Origin: Candidatus Hecatella orcuttiae
GTDB lineage: Archaea > Thermoproteota > Bathyarchaeia > Hecatellales > Hecatellaceae
NCBI GenBank assembly: GCA_002011035.2
Contig: MTLY02000002.1
Coordinates: 352,001-416,000 of the forward strand
Length of the DNA: 64,000 nt
Direction: 5' to 3'
Positions 7,820 to 17,268 of this stretch are shown here, piece after piece; positions within the stretch are counted from its first letter, which is position 1, and each line of letters begins with the position of its first letter. Both the position numbers and the translations under genes were made by a program. The notes beneath the pieces are model-generated. The model did not search any database. It was not told the origin of the DNA and saw nothing but the letters and a program-made list of their open reading frames with translations.

Positions 7820-9367
7820 GGTTTTCAGATTGACCACCGCTGCCACACCGGGGGTGGGCGTTAACCCCAGCCTCTGCTGGTAGAGGGTCTGCTTTTGCCA
7901 ACACCCGGAATTGATCAGCCTCACCCCCCGGTAGTAGGTTTGGTCGAACACATGAATGTGGCCTGCGTGGTAAACGTCGGGAACCCGGTCCACCACCATC
8001 CAGTCCCGGGTCTCCGGGGCTATGGGGGTCCTCTGCCCGTAGACAGGGCTCAAATGCCGACCCTTGAGAAGGCCCAGCATGGCCTTGGCGGGGTTCCGGT
8101 GGCTGACGTTGGGCATGGAGACTAGGACGTCCTCCAAGCTTCGCCCGTGGTGGAGGAGAAACTCAACTCCGTGAAGCCTCACCTGCGCCGGGTTTCCCAG
8201 GGAAACCAGCTGAGAGCCGCATTTCTCGTAGAGGGCTTCGGCGTATTTTTTAGAAAGAGCCGGCTGGGGTAAAGCCTTTCGAACGGCGTCGTGGTTTCCC
8301 GGAATGACAATGATGACAATGTGGTCTGGAACCTGTTCGAGCAGAGCGGCAGCTGCCTCGTATTGGCGGCAAACGTCCTGAATCTCCAACTCTTCTTCCT
8401 GCTGAGGGTAGACTCCTATCCCGTCGACCAAGTCTCCTGCCACCAGAAGATACTTGACCTTTCCGGCGAGCTCCCTCTCCCGGCGGCCTCCCCCGCCTCC
8501 CCTCAGCCACCCGAGAAAGGCTTGGAAAAGTTTCCCCTCAAAGACCTTGCTTCCCACGTGGAGGTCTGAAATCAGCACAGCGTTTACCTCCTCTGGGGAA
8601 AAGCCGGGTCTCCTCTGGGGAACATCCGGCAGGATTAGGTCTTCCGCCACAACCAAGCCGTTTCCAGTTTTAACGCCTACCACCCCTACAACTTGGTCTA
8701 AGAGCAGATTTCGAGCTTTGTCCACCAGCATGGGATTGGAGTCTTGGACGAGAACCTGAGCCTCTGCCTCCAAGTCATCCACTCTCAGAAAGAATCTTTT
8801 CCCACGGCTGACTTTTTCCGCCACCATGCCCACGAACTTAACCTTAGCTCCCGCCCTACCCTCCAAAGACTCCCTGATGGTGGCTGCGTCCCTCAAATCC
8901 AACCTTTGCCTCAGCAACCTTTTCAGCTGCTGAAAGCGGCTTCTGAAATATTCCATGAAGGCTTCCACGCTTCCCTTGGAAGCCAGCTGAAGAGTAGGGT
9001 CCATGACCACCTCCACCCTAGCTTCCACATCCTTGGCCTCCGGGCGGAAGATCCCTTTACCCATCTCCACAGGTTCAGCTTCCCGAAGCCCCTCTGTGGC
9101 AGCGCGCTTCTCCCTCTCCAGCGTGGAAGCCTCCTCCACCATGGCTTTGCTGACAAAGGGAAAAGAAGGAGGGGCCTCTGATAATTTCTTCAAAACTCTG
9201 TCGACAATCTGCTCCGGATCTTGACGTTGGGAGAGGGTTTGGAGGAGGCTGAAAGCTTCCGCCTGCATCTGGTAGCCGGCTTCGTGGACCTTTCGAAGAG
9301 CCCGCTTCACTTTTTCATCCGGCTGAGCTTCTGGGGTTTGACGGTAGCCTAAGGTTTCAGCCTCCAA
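7772..9367 (-). CDS. polB: DNA polymerase D small subunit DP1 (proofreading exonuclease)
   Basis: OB fold plus calcineurin-like motifs ISDLHVGS, AGDLVDGIGVYP, PGNHDA, HHG, RHLSP, AGHIH, NSGCWQ. Confidence 0.96.
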   Translation of the reverse strand: MEAETLGYRQTPEAQPDEKVKRALRKVHEAGYQMQAEAFSLLQTLSQRQDPEQIVDRVLKKLSEAPPSFPFVSKAMVEEASTLEREKRAATEGLREAEPVEMGKGIFRPEAKDVEARVEVVMDPTLQLASKGSVEAFMEYFRSRFQQLKRLLRQRLDLRDAATIRESLEGRAGAKVKFVGMVAEKVSRGKRFFLRVDDLEAEAQVLVQDSNPMLVDKARNLLLDQVVGVVGVKTGNGLVVAEDLILPDVPQRRPGFSPEEVNAVLISDLHVGSKVFEGKLFQAFLGWLRGGGGGRRERELAGKVKYLLVAGDLVDGIGVYPQQEEELEIQDVCRQYEAAAALLEQVPDHIVIIVIPGNHDAVRKALPQPALSKKYAEALYEKCGSQLVSLGNPAQVRLHGVEFLLHHGRSLEDVLVSMPNVSHRNPAKAMLGLLKGRHLSPVYGQRTPIAPETRDWMVVDRVPDVYHAGHIHVFDQTYYRGVRLINSGCWQKQTLYQQRLGLTPTPGVAAVVNLKTLALTVMDFSRMLGAP

Positions 9368-9450
9368 CCGTTCAACCTACCTGCCTTGAAAACAGCCGTC
9401 CGCATTAGTGTAGATTAGAAAACGATTTAAAACTTGCCAATGCCAGTTTT

Positions 9451-10458
9451 ATGGTGAAGAAGCTGTCTGTTGAGGTTAGGAAAATTCAGAGGACAGCTGA
9501 CGGAACCTACATGCTTTCCCTGCCTAAAAACTGGGCTAAACGCTTCAACCTCAAGAGAGGCTCCCCCATTTACTTGAGGGAGCGAAGCGACGGCTGCTTA
9601 GTTTTAGACCCTGAATATGCCGTGGAGGTTTCTCCGGAGATAACGTTGAAGGCTTCGGAGAGGCTGGAAGACCGCATCCTCAGCAGCTACCTCCTCGGCT
9701 ACGAGCTTATCTTGGTTCAGGCTCCCAGGGTTACGGAGGAATTAATGAAGCGAATAAAGAGGGTGGTTGCCCGCCTCATCGGAGTTGAAATCATCGAAGA
9801 AAGCCCTCAGACGGTGGTTTTGCAGTGCCTCCTCAAGGCTTCCGCCTCGCCTCCGGAAAAAATTCTCCGCCGGCAATACGTCCTTTCCTCCAGCCTCTGC
9901 AGGGATGCTCTAAGCCACCTCGTCGACTTCGACGTCGAAAAAGCCGCCTTGGTGAGGGCGAGGGACGAGGAAATCGACCGGCTTTACTTTCTCTTGGTCA
10001 GGCTTCTCCGAAGCCTCATCCTGAACCCTCGCCTCAGCGAGAAGCTCAACATTTCCCTCATCGACTGCTTGGACTACAGGCTGATAGCCAGCCTCATCGA
10101 AAACATGGCTGACGAGGCGGTGAAGATAGCGGAATCCACCGTGGCCATGGGCGCAGAGGGAAGGCTTCCTCCAGAGTTAACTCAGGCAATAGCAAGCTTT
10201 CAGGAGAGCTTTCAGGCTGCCTTTGAAGAGGCCATGAGGGCTCTGTTTTCCAAGGATGAAAGACTTCAAACCTCCGCCCTGCGGAAGAAAGCGGAGTCCC
10301 AGCGGGCTTTGGAAAAGATAAAAGAAACCTTCACCCTCTACCAGCAGCAGACGCCCCCCGCCTTCTACAACCTCATCTTTCTCTTCGACCAGATTGTAGA
10401 CTACCTCACCGACATGATAGATTTGGTCACACCTTCCCCTCCGCCCAAAACCAGTTGA
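9451..10458 (+). CDS. AbrB-PhoU family phosphate uptake regulator
   Basis: N-terminal RKIQRTADGTYMLSLPKNW AbrB domain followed by PhoU repeats (RDEEIDRLYFL). Confidence 0.9.
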   Translation: MVKKLSVEVRKIQRTADGTYMLSLPKNWAKRFNLKRGSPIYLRERSDGCLVLDPEYAVEVSPEITLKASERLEDRILSSYLLGYELILVQAPRVTEELMKRIKRVVARLIGVEIIEESPQTVVLQCLLKASASPPEKILRRQYVLSSSLCRDALSHLVDFDVEKAALVRARDEEIDRLYFLLVRLLRSLILNPRLSEKLNISLIDCLDYRLIASLIENMADEAVKIAESTVAMGAEGRLPPELTQAIASFQESFQAAFEEAMRALFSKDERLQTSALRKKAESQRALEKIKETFTLYQQQTPPAFYNLIFLFDQIVDYLTDMIDLVTPSPPPKTS

Positions 10459-10511
10459 AAAAAGGCGGCCGGGAAACCGTCACCACCCCGGCGGGGAGCC
10501 GCGTTCAAAAC

Positions 10512-11687
10512 TCATCCAACAACTTTTCGAAATCCTACTCCACCGGCAAGGAAGAGGGCGATGGAAAGCCCGGCGTAGGATACCGCCGCCGCGATGGAAA
10601 AGCCCGGTTGAAAGCCGTAGGCGGAGATAACCTGCCCCAAGAGGGCTGGGCTGGCGGCCATGCCGGCGTAGAAGCAGGTGCTGTAGGCTCCCATGGCTAG
10701 GCCTCTTCCCCCCTGCGTTGTGGTCTCGGCGAGGAGGGCGCTGGCGGAAAGGAAGGTCATTCCCATGGCTAAGCCCACCAAGCCCATCAGCGCCGCGAGG
10801 ACCGGGAGGTTGGTGGAGGAGGTTAGGAACAGGGTGGCGGAGGCTGCTGTGAGGAGGCCGAGGAACATGAACGGCATCCTCCTGCCCAGTCGGTCGGAGA
10901 GGGTGCCGAAGGGAAGCCGGATGGCGGCGCTGGCCGTGGACTGGGCTGTGAACAGCAGGCCGATGGCGAAGACGCTTAGGCCGATGCTTTTGGCGTAGAG
11001 CGGTATGAAAGCCGGCGTTATCCCCCAGGTGAAAGTCAGGCAGAACGCTGAGACAAAGCAGACGAGGGCTACCCGGTTGGCGAACAGCAGCCTAAACTCT
11101 TGGAGGATGCGGGCGGAGGGCAAAGCCGCCTCCTTCCGTTTTGTGCTGGGAAAGGCGGTGAGGCCGAACAGCAGGCCTGCGGTGATGATGAAGCCGGAGA
11201 GGGTGAAGGAGCCCTTGAAGCCGGCAAGTCCGGCAATTAGGCCTCCGAAACCCGGCCCCACCGCCATGGCCACGGCCATGAACGTGGTATACAGCCCGTA
11301 GGCTCGGCCGAAGCTGAGGCTTCCGGACACATCCCCGACGAAAGCGATGATGGAAGGCGTGTAGGCGGCGATGCCTAGGCCGGCTAAGGCGTAGACGGCT
11401 AGGATGAGGTAGGGCTGCCCGGCGAAGGGGAGGAGGAAAGAAACCGCGGCGTTGATGAACGCGCCCAAGAGGACCAGTCGCCTCCGCCCCAGCCTGTCGG
11501 AGGTCAGCCCGAAGGGAATGGCCACCGCCGAGGCGGCCAGCATGAAGGCGGCGGTGATGAAGCCCACCTGGGTGAGGGTGGCTCCTTGGGCTTGGGCGTA
11601 GAGGGGAATGATAGGCAGCCTCATGAAGGCTCCGAGGTAGACGAGAAAAGTAATGGTGCAGGCGACGAAGAGGGGCGGCAGCCTCAT
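10512..11687 (-). CDS. MFS transporter
   Basis: About 12 TM helices. Motif A G.LSDRLGRR occurs twice. Confidence 0.93.
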   Translation of the reverse strand: MRLPPLFVACTITFLVYLGAFMRLPIIPLYAQAQGATLTQVGFITAAFMLAASAVAIPFGLTSDRLGRRRLVLLGAFINAAVSFLLPFAGQPYLILAVYALAGLGIAAYTPSIIAFVGDVSGSLSFGRAYGLYTTFMAVAMAVGPGFGGLIAGLAGFKGSFTLSGFIITAGLLFGLTAFPSTKRKEAALPSARILQEFRLLFANRVALVCFVSAFCLTFTWGITPAFIPLYAKSIGLSVFAIGLLFTAQSTASAAIRLPFGTLSDRLGRRMPFMFLGLLTAASATLFLTSSTNLPVLAALMGLVGLAMGMTFLSASALLAETTTQGGRGLAMGAYSTCFYAGMAASPALLGQVISAYGFQPGFSIAAAVSYAGLSIALFLAGGVGFRKVVG

Positions 11688-11809
11688 TCTAAACCTCCTA
11701 TCTTAAATTTCCTCCCCCCTTATCAGGTTGCCTCTCCCAGGTGGGAGGTGCCCGCCGAAAACAGGCTGATTTTTTCTTCGGAATGTCCATCAAAATAGTG
11801 GGGAGGCGG

Positions 11810-13168
11810 ATGGAGCGGAGGGACGTCGTCACGTCATTCCTCGAGCATGAAGGGAAAATCCTGATCCTGAGGAGGAGCGAGAAGGTGGGAACCTACCGGG
11901 GAAGGTGGGCTGGCGTCAGCGGCTACCTGGAGGAGGGCGAAGACCCTCTCCACCGGGCTTTGCAGGAGCTCAGGGAAGAAGTAGGGCTAACCTCCGAACA
12001 GGTTCAACTGCTCCGGAAGGGTAAGCCTTTACTGGTTCCAGACTTGGAAAAGAAAGTCGTCTGGAAGGTTTACCCCTTCCTTTTCAGGGTGAAGTCTGAC
12101 CGAATTCAGATGGACTGGGAGCACCGGGAATGCCAGTGGATAAGGCCTGAGGAAATAGGCCGGTATGAAACCGTTCCAAAGCTGGAGGAAACTTTGGAAA
12201 GAGTCTGGGAGAAACCCGGCGGGCAGCCGTTGGACCCGCAGGTCCTCAGGGAAATCGAACTCATCAAAGCAGACCGCTGGAAGGGCGCAAGCCAACTGGC
12301 CCGGGAAGCCCTGAGGGTGGTGAAGCTGGCGGCGGAAAGATACTCCCCACCCAAGGCGGCTGATGCGGGGGACTATCTAGGCTACCTGAAGCAGGTGGGC
12401 CGGCTGCTGATGGAGGCAAGGCCCAGCATGGCGGCCTTGGCCAATAGCGTCGGCTTCCTCCTCCATCAACTGCTGGAAAAGGGGAAGACGGAGCCTCCCT
12501 TTTCCCTTAGGGCCTTCGCCCTTTCCAAGGCTGAGGAGCTTATCCGGCAGTCGGAGGAGGCCTCTGCGGCTGCTGCCCGGAAGGCAGCGGAGCTGTTTCC
12601 GCGGAAGGCCAAGGTGATGACCCACAGCTACAGCTCCACGGTTCTACAGGCCTTCCACCACGCCCTCCAAGCTGGAAAGGGGGTGGAGGCCGTGGTCACC
12701 GAGTCTCGGCCCCTCTGCGAGGGAACAGCCACAGCCAAGGCTCTCTCTGAGATGGGTATCCCCGTGGCCTTCATCGTCGACGCGGCGGCCGGCTGCTTTA
12801 TGGATCGGGTGGACTTGGTGCTGGTGGGCGCCGATAGCATCCTAGCCGACGGCTCCGCCGTCAACAAGGTGGGCACGCTGACGATGGCCTTGGCTGCGCG
12901 GAGAAGCCGGGTGCCCTTCTACGTGGTCTGCGAGAGGCTGAAGTTTCACGTCCGCAGCCTGCTGGGGGAAGCGGTGGCGCTGGAGGAAAAGGACCCCTCC
13001 GAGGTTGTGAACCCTCAAACCCTGCCGGGGGTTGGGGTGAGAAACGTTTACTTCGACATCACCCCGGCTGACTGCCTATCCGGAATAGTGACCGAGGACG
13101 GAGTCCTAAAGCCCCCCAGCGTCTCCGCCCACATGGAGGAGATGCTGAAAAACCTGTACCTAGAATAG
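11810..13168 (+). CDS. NUDIX hydrolase fused to eIF2B/ribose-1,5-bisphosphate isomerase family domain
   Basis: Nudix box GYLEEGEDPLHRALQELREEVG. eIF2B-family motifs RPSMAAL, THSYSSTV, ESRPLCEG, VGADSI, NKVGT, NVYFDITP. Start 11810 follows GGGAGG. Confidence 0.9.
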   Translation: MERRDVVTSFLEHEGKILILRRSEKVGTYRGRWAGVSGYLEEGEDPLHRALQELREEVGLTSEQVQLLRKGKPLLVPDLEKKVVWKVYPFLFRVKSDRIQMDWEHRECQWIRPEEIGRYETVPKLEETLERVWEKPGGQPLDPQVLREIELIKADRWKGASQLAREALRVVKLAAERYSPPKAADAGDYLGYLKQVGRLLMEARPSMAALANSVGFLLHQLLEKGKTEPPFSLRAFALSKAEELIRQSEEASAAAARKAAELFPRKAKVMTHSYSSTVLQAFHHALQAGKGVEAVVTESRPLCEGTATAKALSEMGIPVAFIVDAAAGCFMDRVDLVLVGADSILADGSAVNKVGTLTMALAARRSRVPFYVVCERLKFHVRSLLGEAVALEEKDPSEVVNPQTLPGVGVRNVYFDITPADCLSGIVTEDGVLKPPSVSAHMEEMLKNLYLE

Positions 13169-13192
13169 CCGGGCCAGTGGGATGAGAGAGGA

Positions 13193-13316
13193 TGGCGCCG
13201 GGGAAGGGATTTTCCTGCCCAAGGCATTTTGAACCCCTGAGGACCCGAAGGTCCACTGGATGTTCCGTCGCGGAGGCGATCTCGAGTCCAGCGCGTTACC
13301 GCTCCGCCACCCCGGC
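13193..13316 (-). tRNA. tRNA-Ser(CGA) with two introns (37/38: 13262-13280; T-loop 59/60: 13210-13227), CCA encoded
   Basis: Acceptor GCCGGGG/CCCCGGC, anticodon arm CTGGA-CT-CGA-G|A-TCCAG, long variable arm GGACC-TTCG-GGTCC, T arm AGGGG-TTCAAA|T-CCCTT. Both inserts fold into bulge-helix-bulge-like motifs. Confidence 0.92.
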
Positions 13317-13408
13317 TAAGCTTGATAGCGCCGGGGTTGTTTTAAACCGTTTCCCCGCCCCCTTCAGGCTAGGTTTATTAAGCTGGCTCTGGGACAGTTT
13401 AACCAGCG

Positions 13409-14107
13409 GTGGCCCGGATGAACCGGAAGGAATTGAAGAAGCTGGCCGCTGGGATCAAAGACCGAAAATTCAGGGCTCAGGTGGAAAGTTTCATCGACAA
13501 GACTCTAACTCAGGGTGAAAGAAAGGGGCGGGGAAGCCTAACTTTCTTCACAGCTCCCGCCGGGCGGACTAAGCATCATTCCTATCCCGGCGGCTTGGCG
13601 GAGCACACGGTCTCCACCGTCAAGCTCGCCCTCGCGCTGGCGGATGTGCTGGAGGAATGCTATGGCTGGAAGAAGGTGAACAGGGATTTCCTCATCGCCG
13701 GAGCCCTCATCCACGACCTCTACAAGCCCGCCGTCTACGTCCTCCGGGAAGACGGAACCTACGACGTATCCCCCCTAGGCCAGCGGCTGGACCACCTGTC
13801 CCTCCTCCTGGGGGAGGCTTACAAACACGGCTTTCCAGTGGACTTTCTCCACGTGCTGGCCGCCAGCCACGGGGAATGGGGACCCATATCCCCTCGGACG
13901 CTGGAAGCCCTCCTCGTCCACCTCGCCGACCTAGTGGACTCTCGGCTGGTGGGGGAAATTCAAAAAGCCGCCTACTTCGCAGCCAAAGACCTAGGCGAAC
14001 AGCCCCTCACCCTGACGCCCAAGGAGGCCTTGCGCCTCCTCGAAGACGGGGAAAAGCTGAGGAGAACCCTTCGGAAAGCCGGAGCCGGGAAGGGGCCGTC
14101 GGGCTAG
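13409..14107 (+). CDS. mptB: HD-domain protein, dihydroneopterin 2',3'-cyclic phosphate phosphodiesterase (MptB)-like
   Basis: PAG..HHSYPGGLAEHT, NRDFLIAGALIHD..KP, LDHLSL, SHG, P.TLEALLVHLAD..DS. Confidence 0.7.
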   Translation: MARMNRKELKKLAAGIKDRKFRAQVESFIDKTLTQGERKGRGSLTFFTAPAGRTKHHSYPGGLAEHTVSTVKLALALADVLEECYGWKKVNRDFLIAGALIHDLYKPAVYVLREDGTYDVSPLGQRLDHLSLLLGEAYKHGFPVDFLHVLAASHGEWGPISPRTLEALLVHLADLVDSRLVGEIQKAAYFAAKDLGEQPLTLTPKEALRLLEDGEKLRRTLRKAGAGKGPSG

Positions 14108-15204
14108 AGGGCGGAGTCTTCGAAAACCTGCCCCACCTCCACCTTCTCCACCGGCCTGTCGACAGAGGTTAACACCTTCAAAGTTTTCTTCTCCCAGTCC
14201 ACATGCTTCAAGACGCCTAAGCCCAGAAACCTCTCCGCGGCATCGTAAAGGCCTAGGATGGAGCCCTTTTCCAAGGAAAAACCAGCCTCCGGAGGCTTCA
14301 CTTTTCCCAAGGGCAAGACCTTAACCGCGGGAGTCTTCAAGTGTTTCCGATACATCTGCCACCGGAGCTCTTTTCTTTCCTCACGGGTCCGCCGTCTCAC
14401 CGCCGGAGAGGCTTTCACTCTCATCAGCTCAAGGCCTTCTTTTTCCAAGGCTTCAGCCAGCGTTCCTGTCGTCTCCCTCCCTTGAAGAAGCACAGCGCAG
14501 CGGGCTTCAGCGGCTTGGAGGAGGCGAAGCTTGTAGGCTTGAGCGTCCTCCCCATCCACCCAGCCGTCGGTGTTCAGGACGGTGAGGGGGAAGCTCCCCC
14601 GACTTTCCCGGCAGAGGACGGAGACGGCTTTCAAAATTTTCCCCTGAACCTGAGACGGCGAAGTGGCGCCCACGAACAGCAAACGGTCCGGGTTTTCGAA
14701 GGATAGGTCGTAGACAAGGTGGGTAAGAGCGCAGGAGCCGATGGTGGTGGGCGGCCCTAAGTCCGACTGCCCGGGGTCGCTGTCCACGATGTTCACCTTC
14801 AAAGGATGCGGATGGAAGCCTAAGGCCTTGTTGGCCAAGAACATGGTGAAGGTGGTCTTCCCCACGTCCACTCCCCCTAGGACGGCGGCCACGGTGTTTC
14901 CCCCCTCCGCCCTCCTCAGAACGGTTTCAGCGGCCCTTTCCCAGTCTTGGGGGATGGAGTTTCCCTCAAACTCCTCCACCAAGCTGCCCTCGCCCAAGGT
15001 CAGCTGAAAGCGGGAGGCTTGGACGCAGAAAGCGGGGACGGTTCTCCACCGGCGAACTCTGACCTTCAAGCCCGCTGGCAGAGGCGCGCCCAAGACAGAG
15101 ACCTGCCCGCTGAGAAGAGTGAGGGAGGCGGAGCCGTGGAGGATGAGGGTTTTCCCCGGGGCTACGGAAACCTCCCGAAGGCTCAGGTTGTTCCCCTCCT
15201 TCAA
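14104..15204 (-). CDS. Clp1/Nol9 family polynucleotide 5'-OH kinase
   Basis: P-loop GGVDVGKTT, DSDPGQSDLGPP, NTDGW, RRRTREERKELR. Start may be CTG at 15186. Confidence 0.92.
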   Translation of the reverse strand: MKEGNNLSLREVSVAPGKTLILHGSASLTLLSGQVSVLGAPLPAGLKVRVRRWRTVPAFCVQASRFQLTLGEGSLVEEFEGNSIPQDWERAAETVLRRAEGGNTVAAVLGGVDVGKTTFTMFLANKALGFHPHPLKVNIVDSDPGQSDLGPPTTIGSCALTHLVYDLSFENPDRLLFVGATSPSQVQGKILKAVSVLCRESRGSFPLTVLNTDGWVDGEDAQAYKLRLLQAAEARCAVLLQGRETTGTLAEALEKEGLELMRVKASPAVRRRTREERKELRWQMYRKHLKTPAVKVLPLGKVKPPEAGFSLEKGSILGLYDAAERFLGLGVLKHVDWEKKTLKVLTSVDRPVEKVEVGQVFEDSAL

Positions 15205-15221
15205 GCCTCTGCGGCTTCACC

Positions 15222-15920
15222 TTAGCGGAAGGCGATCTCCAAGGCTGAGGCCTCATCCCTCTCCCTCCGCCCTATCCCCAGCCTCCTAGCCTTGGCGGTG
15301 GTATCCCTTTCGTCGACGAGGAGGATTTGAGCTTGGACTCCTGTCTCCTCAGCCACGGTCTCCACTACCCTCCTAACCGCCTCGTAGGAAGACCCCTCGC
15401 TCTCCGCTCCCAGCCGACCTCGGCCTCCCACCTTGACCACCAGCTTTTTCACACCCCACCCTGTCACTGCCGCCTTTAAGGCTTCCTTCAGCTGAGCGAG
15501 GCTGCGGTAGCTGGCCTTCTGCACCACCGTCCTTCCCAGCAGGGCAGCGTAGCCCACGGTTTTCCCCGGGTCGATGCCCACCGTCAAGGCTTCAGGGATG
15601 ACAGAGGGCAGACCCTTGACGGCTCTGAGGGCTTGAGCAACAGCCTCCTTCACAGTGTCTCCCCGGCAGGCGATGACAGTGTGATGCTTAACTCGCCTCG
15701 CCTCCTGCTCCGTCGTCAGCACAGCCTTAACGGTGAGGGGCACAGGGTCCTCGGGTCTTCGAAGAATAAACCCCAGCCCTTGCTTCCTCAGCTCCTCCCT
15801 TAGCCGATAGCTGAGCTCTCCGTCAGAGGTGGCCACGGCCACCGCCGCTTCTCCCATGGGTTTAGAGTGCCCGCTTAAACCCATAAAAGCTCCGCCGAAG
15901 GAAGGATAGGTTTTTATCAA
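15222..15920 (-). CDS. Hypothetical protein with C-terminal RNase H-like (YqgF/RuvC-like) fold
   Basis: VGIDPGKTVGYAAL, LVDERDTT, DEASALEIA acidic motifs. Start is uncertain. Confidence 0.7.
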   Translation of the reverse strand: MIKTYPSFGGAFMGLSGHSKPMGEAAVAVATSDGELSYRLREELRKQGLGFILRRPEDPVPLTVKAVLTTEQEARRVKHHTVIACRGDTVKEAVAQALRAVKGLPSVIPEALTVGIDPGKTVGYAALLGRTVVQKASYRSLAQLKEALKAAVTGWGVKKLVVKVGGRGRLGAESEGSSYEAVRRVVETVAEETGVQAQILLVDERDTTAKARRLGIGRRERDEASALEIAFR

Positions 15921-15952
15921 CCTGAAAAACTTTTACATTTAACCCTTCCAAC

Positions 15953-16027
15953 GCCGGGATGGCCGAGCGGTTAGGCGGCGGGCTGCAGACCCGCTTCATG
16001 CAGGTTCAAATCCTGCTCCCGGCTCCA
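15953..16027 (+). tRNA. tRNA-Cys(GCA), CCA encoded
   Basis: Acceptor GCCGGGA/TCCCGGC, anticodon arm GCGGG-CT-GCA-GA-CCCGC, T arm GCAGG-TTCAAAT-CCTGC. Confidence 0.96.
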
Positions 16028-16132
16028 AACTCGGTTGACCTTTGTTCCTATTTTTATTATTCAGCTGCTCCCACATGGGCTATTGATTTCCAAGCCAAAA
16101 GTTAGGTGTAGCTGCGCTCTTTGGGGTGAGCT

Positions 16133-17179
16133 TCACCCAGCTTCTTTTTCGAGCTGAGCCATCAGCTTGTCGATTTCCCAAGCCCACTCTCTTCTCCACC
16201 GGCGTTTGGTGGGGTCGTCAAGCCAGGAGCCGTCGATGCCGTTGAGGACGAACTCCCTGAAGTCGGCTGGCGAGAATCCCATGTACTCCGCCATCACGAT
16301 GTACTCCTTTGTAGGGTTGGTCTTGAACATGGGGGGGTCGTCGCAGTTTACCATGATCTTCAAGCCGCGTCTCGCCATCTCCTTGATGGGGTGGTTGGCG
16401 AGGTTGTTTCCGAAGTAGACCCAGGCTGTGGAAATCGGGCAGACGGTGAAGACCACGCCTTCCTCCGCGCATCTTCTGGTGAGGGCTTCGTCCTCGATCA
16501 CGTGGTAGCCGTGGTCGATGCGCTCACAGCCGAGGAGGTCGAGGCATGTTTCCACGTTGCGTGGAGGGGCATCCTCGCTGGCGTGGGCGGTCAGGTGAAG
16601 GCCATGCTGGGCGGCGAGCCTGTAGGCTTTCCAAAACTTTTCAGGCGGGTTGTCGGCTTCCGCGTAGTCCATGCCTATTCCGATGAGCTCGTCGCGTGGG
16701 TTTTCGATGACGGTTTTAACCATTTCAAAACCTTTCTCCGGGGGTTCCATGCGGTTGATGCCGGCGATCATCTTGCACCGGATGCCGTAGTCCCTCTCCG
16801 CGTCGCGGATTCCGTCGCGGATTCCGTCGATGGCAGTGTCGTAGGGTACGCCTAAATCCATGTGAACCTTGGGACTCCAGAACATTTCCCGGTAGCGCAC
16901 GTTGTGCTCCGCCGCCTCCTGCAGGGTTTCGTAGGTGATCCTCCGAAAATCATCCCGATCCCGCACCGCCCGCGCCACCAAGTCGTATATCTGGAGAAAC
17001 CTGTAGATGTCCGGGTAATCGTAGAGGTCCTCAGGCTTATCGTGGGGAGGCAGCTTCACCCCATGCTTTCGAGCAAGCTCCACAAACGTTGAAGCCTTCA
17101 CCGAACCCTCCAAGTGAACGTGAAGCTCAACCTTCGGAATCCTGCGGAGAAAATCGTGCAGATCCATAGCTGTTCCCAA
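16133..17179 (-). CDS. add: Adenosine/adenine deaminase
   Basis: PKVELHVHLEGS, TAHASE, ERIDHG, TVCPIS, NCDDPPMF. Confidence 0.93.
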   Translation of the reverse strand: MGTAMDLHDFLRRIPKVELHVHLEGSVKASTFVELARKHGVKLPPHDKPEDLYDYPDIYRFLQIYDLVARAVRDRDDFRRITYETLQEAAEHNVRYREMFWSPKVHMDLGVPYDTAIDGIRDGIRDAERDYGIRCKMIAGINRMEPPEKGFEMVKTVIENPRDELIGIGMDYAEADNPPEKFWKAYRLAAQHGLHLTAHASEDAPPRNVETCLDLLGCERIDHGYHVIEDEALTRRCAEEGVVFTVCPISTAWVYFGNNLANHPIKEMARRGLKIMVNCDDPPMFKTNPTKEYIVMAEYMGFSPADFREFVLNGIDGSWLDDPTKRRWRREWAWEIDKLMAQLEKEAG

Positions 17180-17236
17180 CCTAAACTTTAGGTGATTAAA
17201 ATTTACGCTGAACGTTTAATTTAGCTTTTCGATTGC

Positions 17237-17268
17237 TTTGAACATTCCAAGAAAGTCCGGTGTTCAAA
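17237..17268 (-). terminator. Inverted repeat immediately downstream of tRNA-Leu
   Basis: TTTGAACA...TGTTCAAA 8-bp arms, 3 nt after the CCA. Confidence 0.35.

Noticed and set aside
13192-13518. 108-aa ORF, and likewise ORFs 17221..17484 and 17260..17475
   Set aside because: They overlap well-formed tRNA genes and are shadow ORFs.
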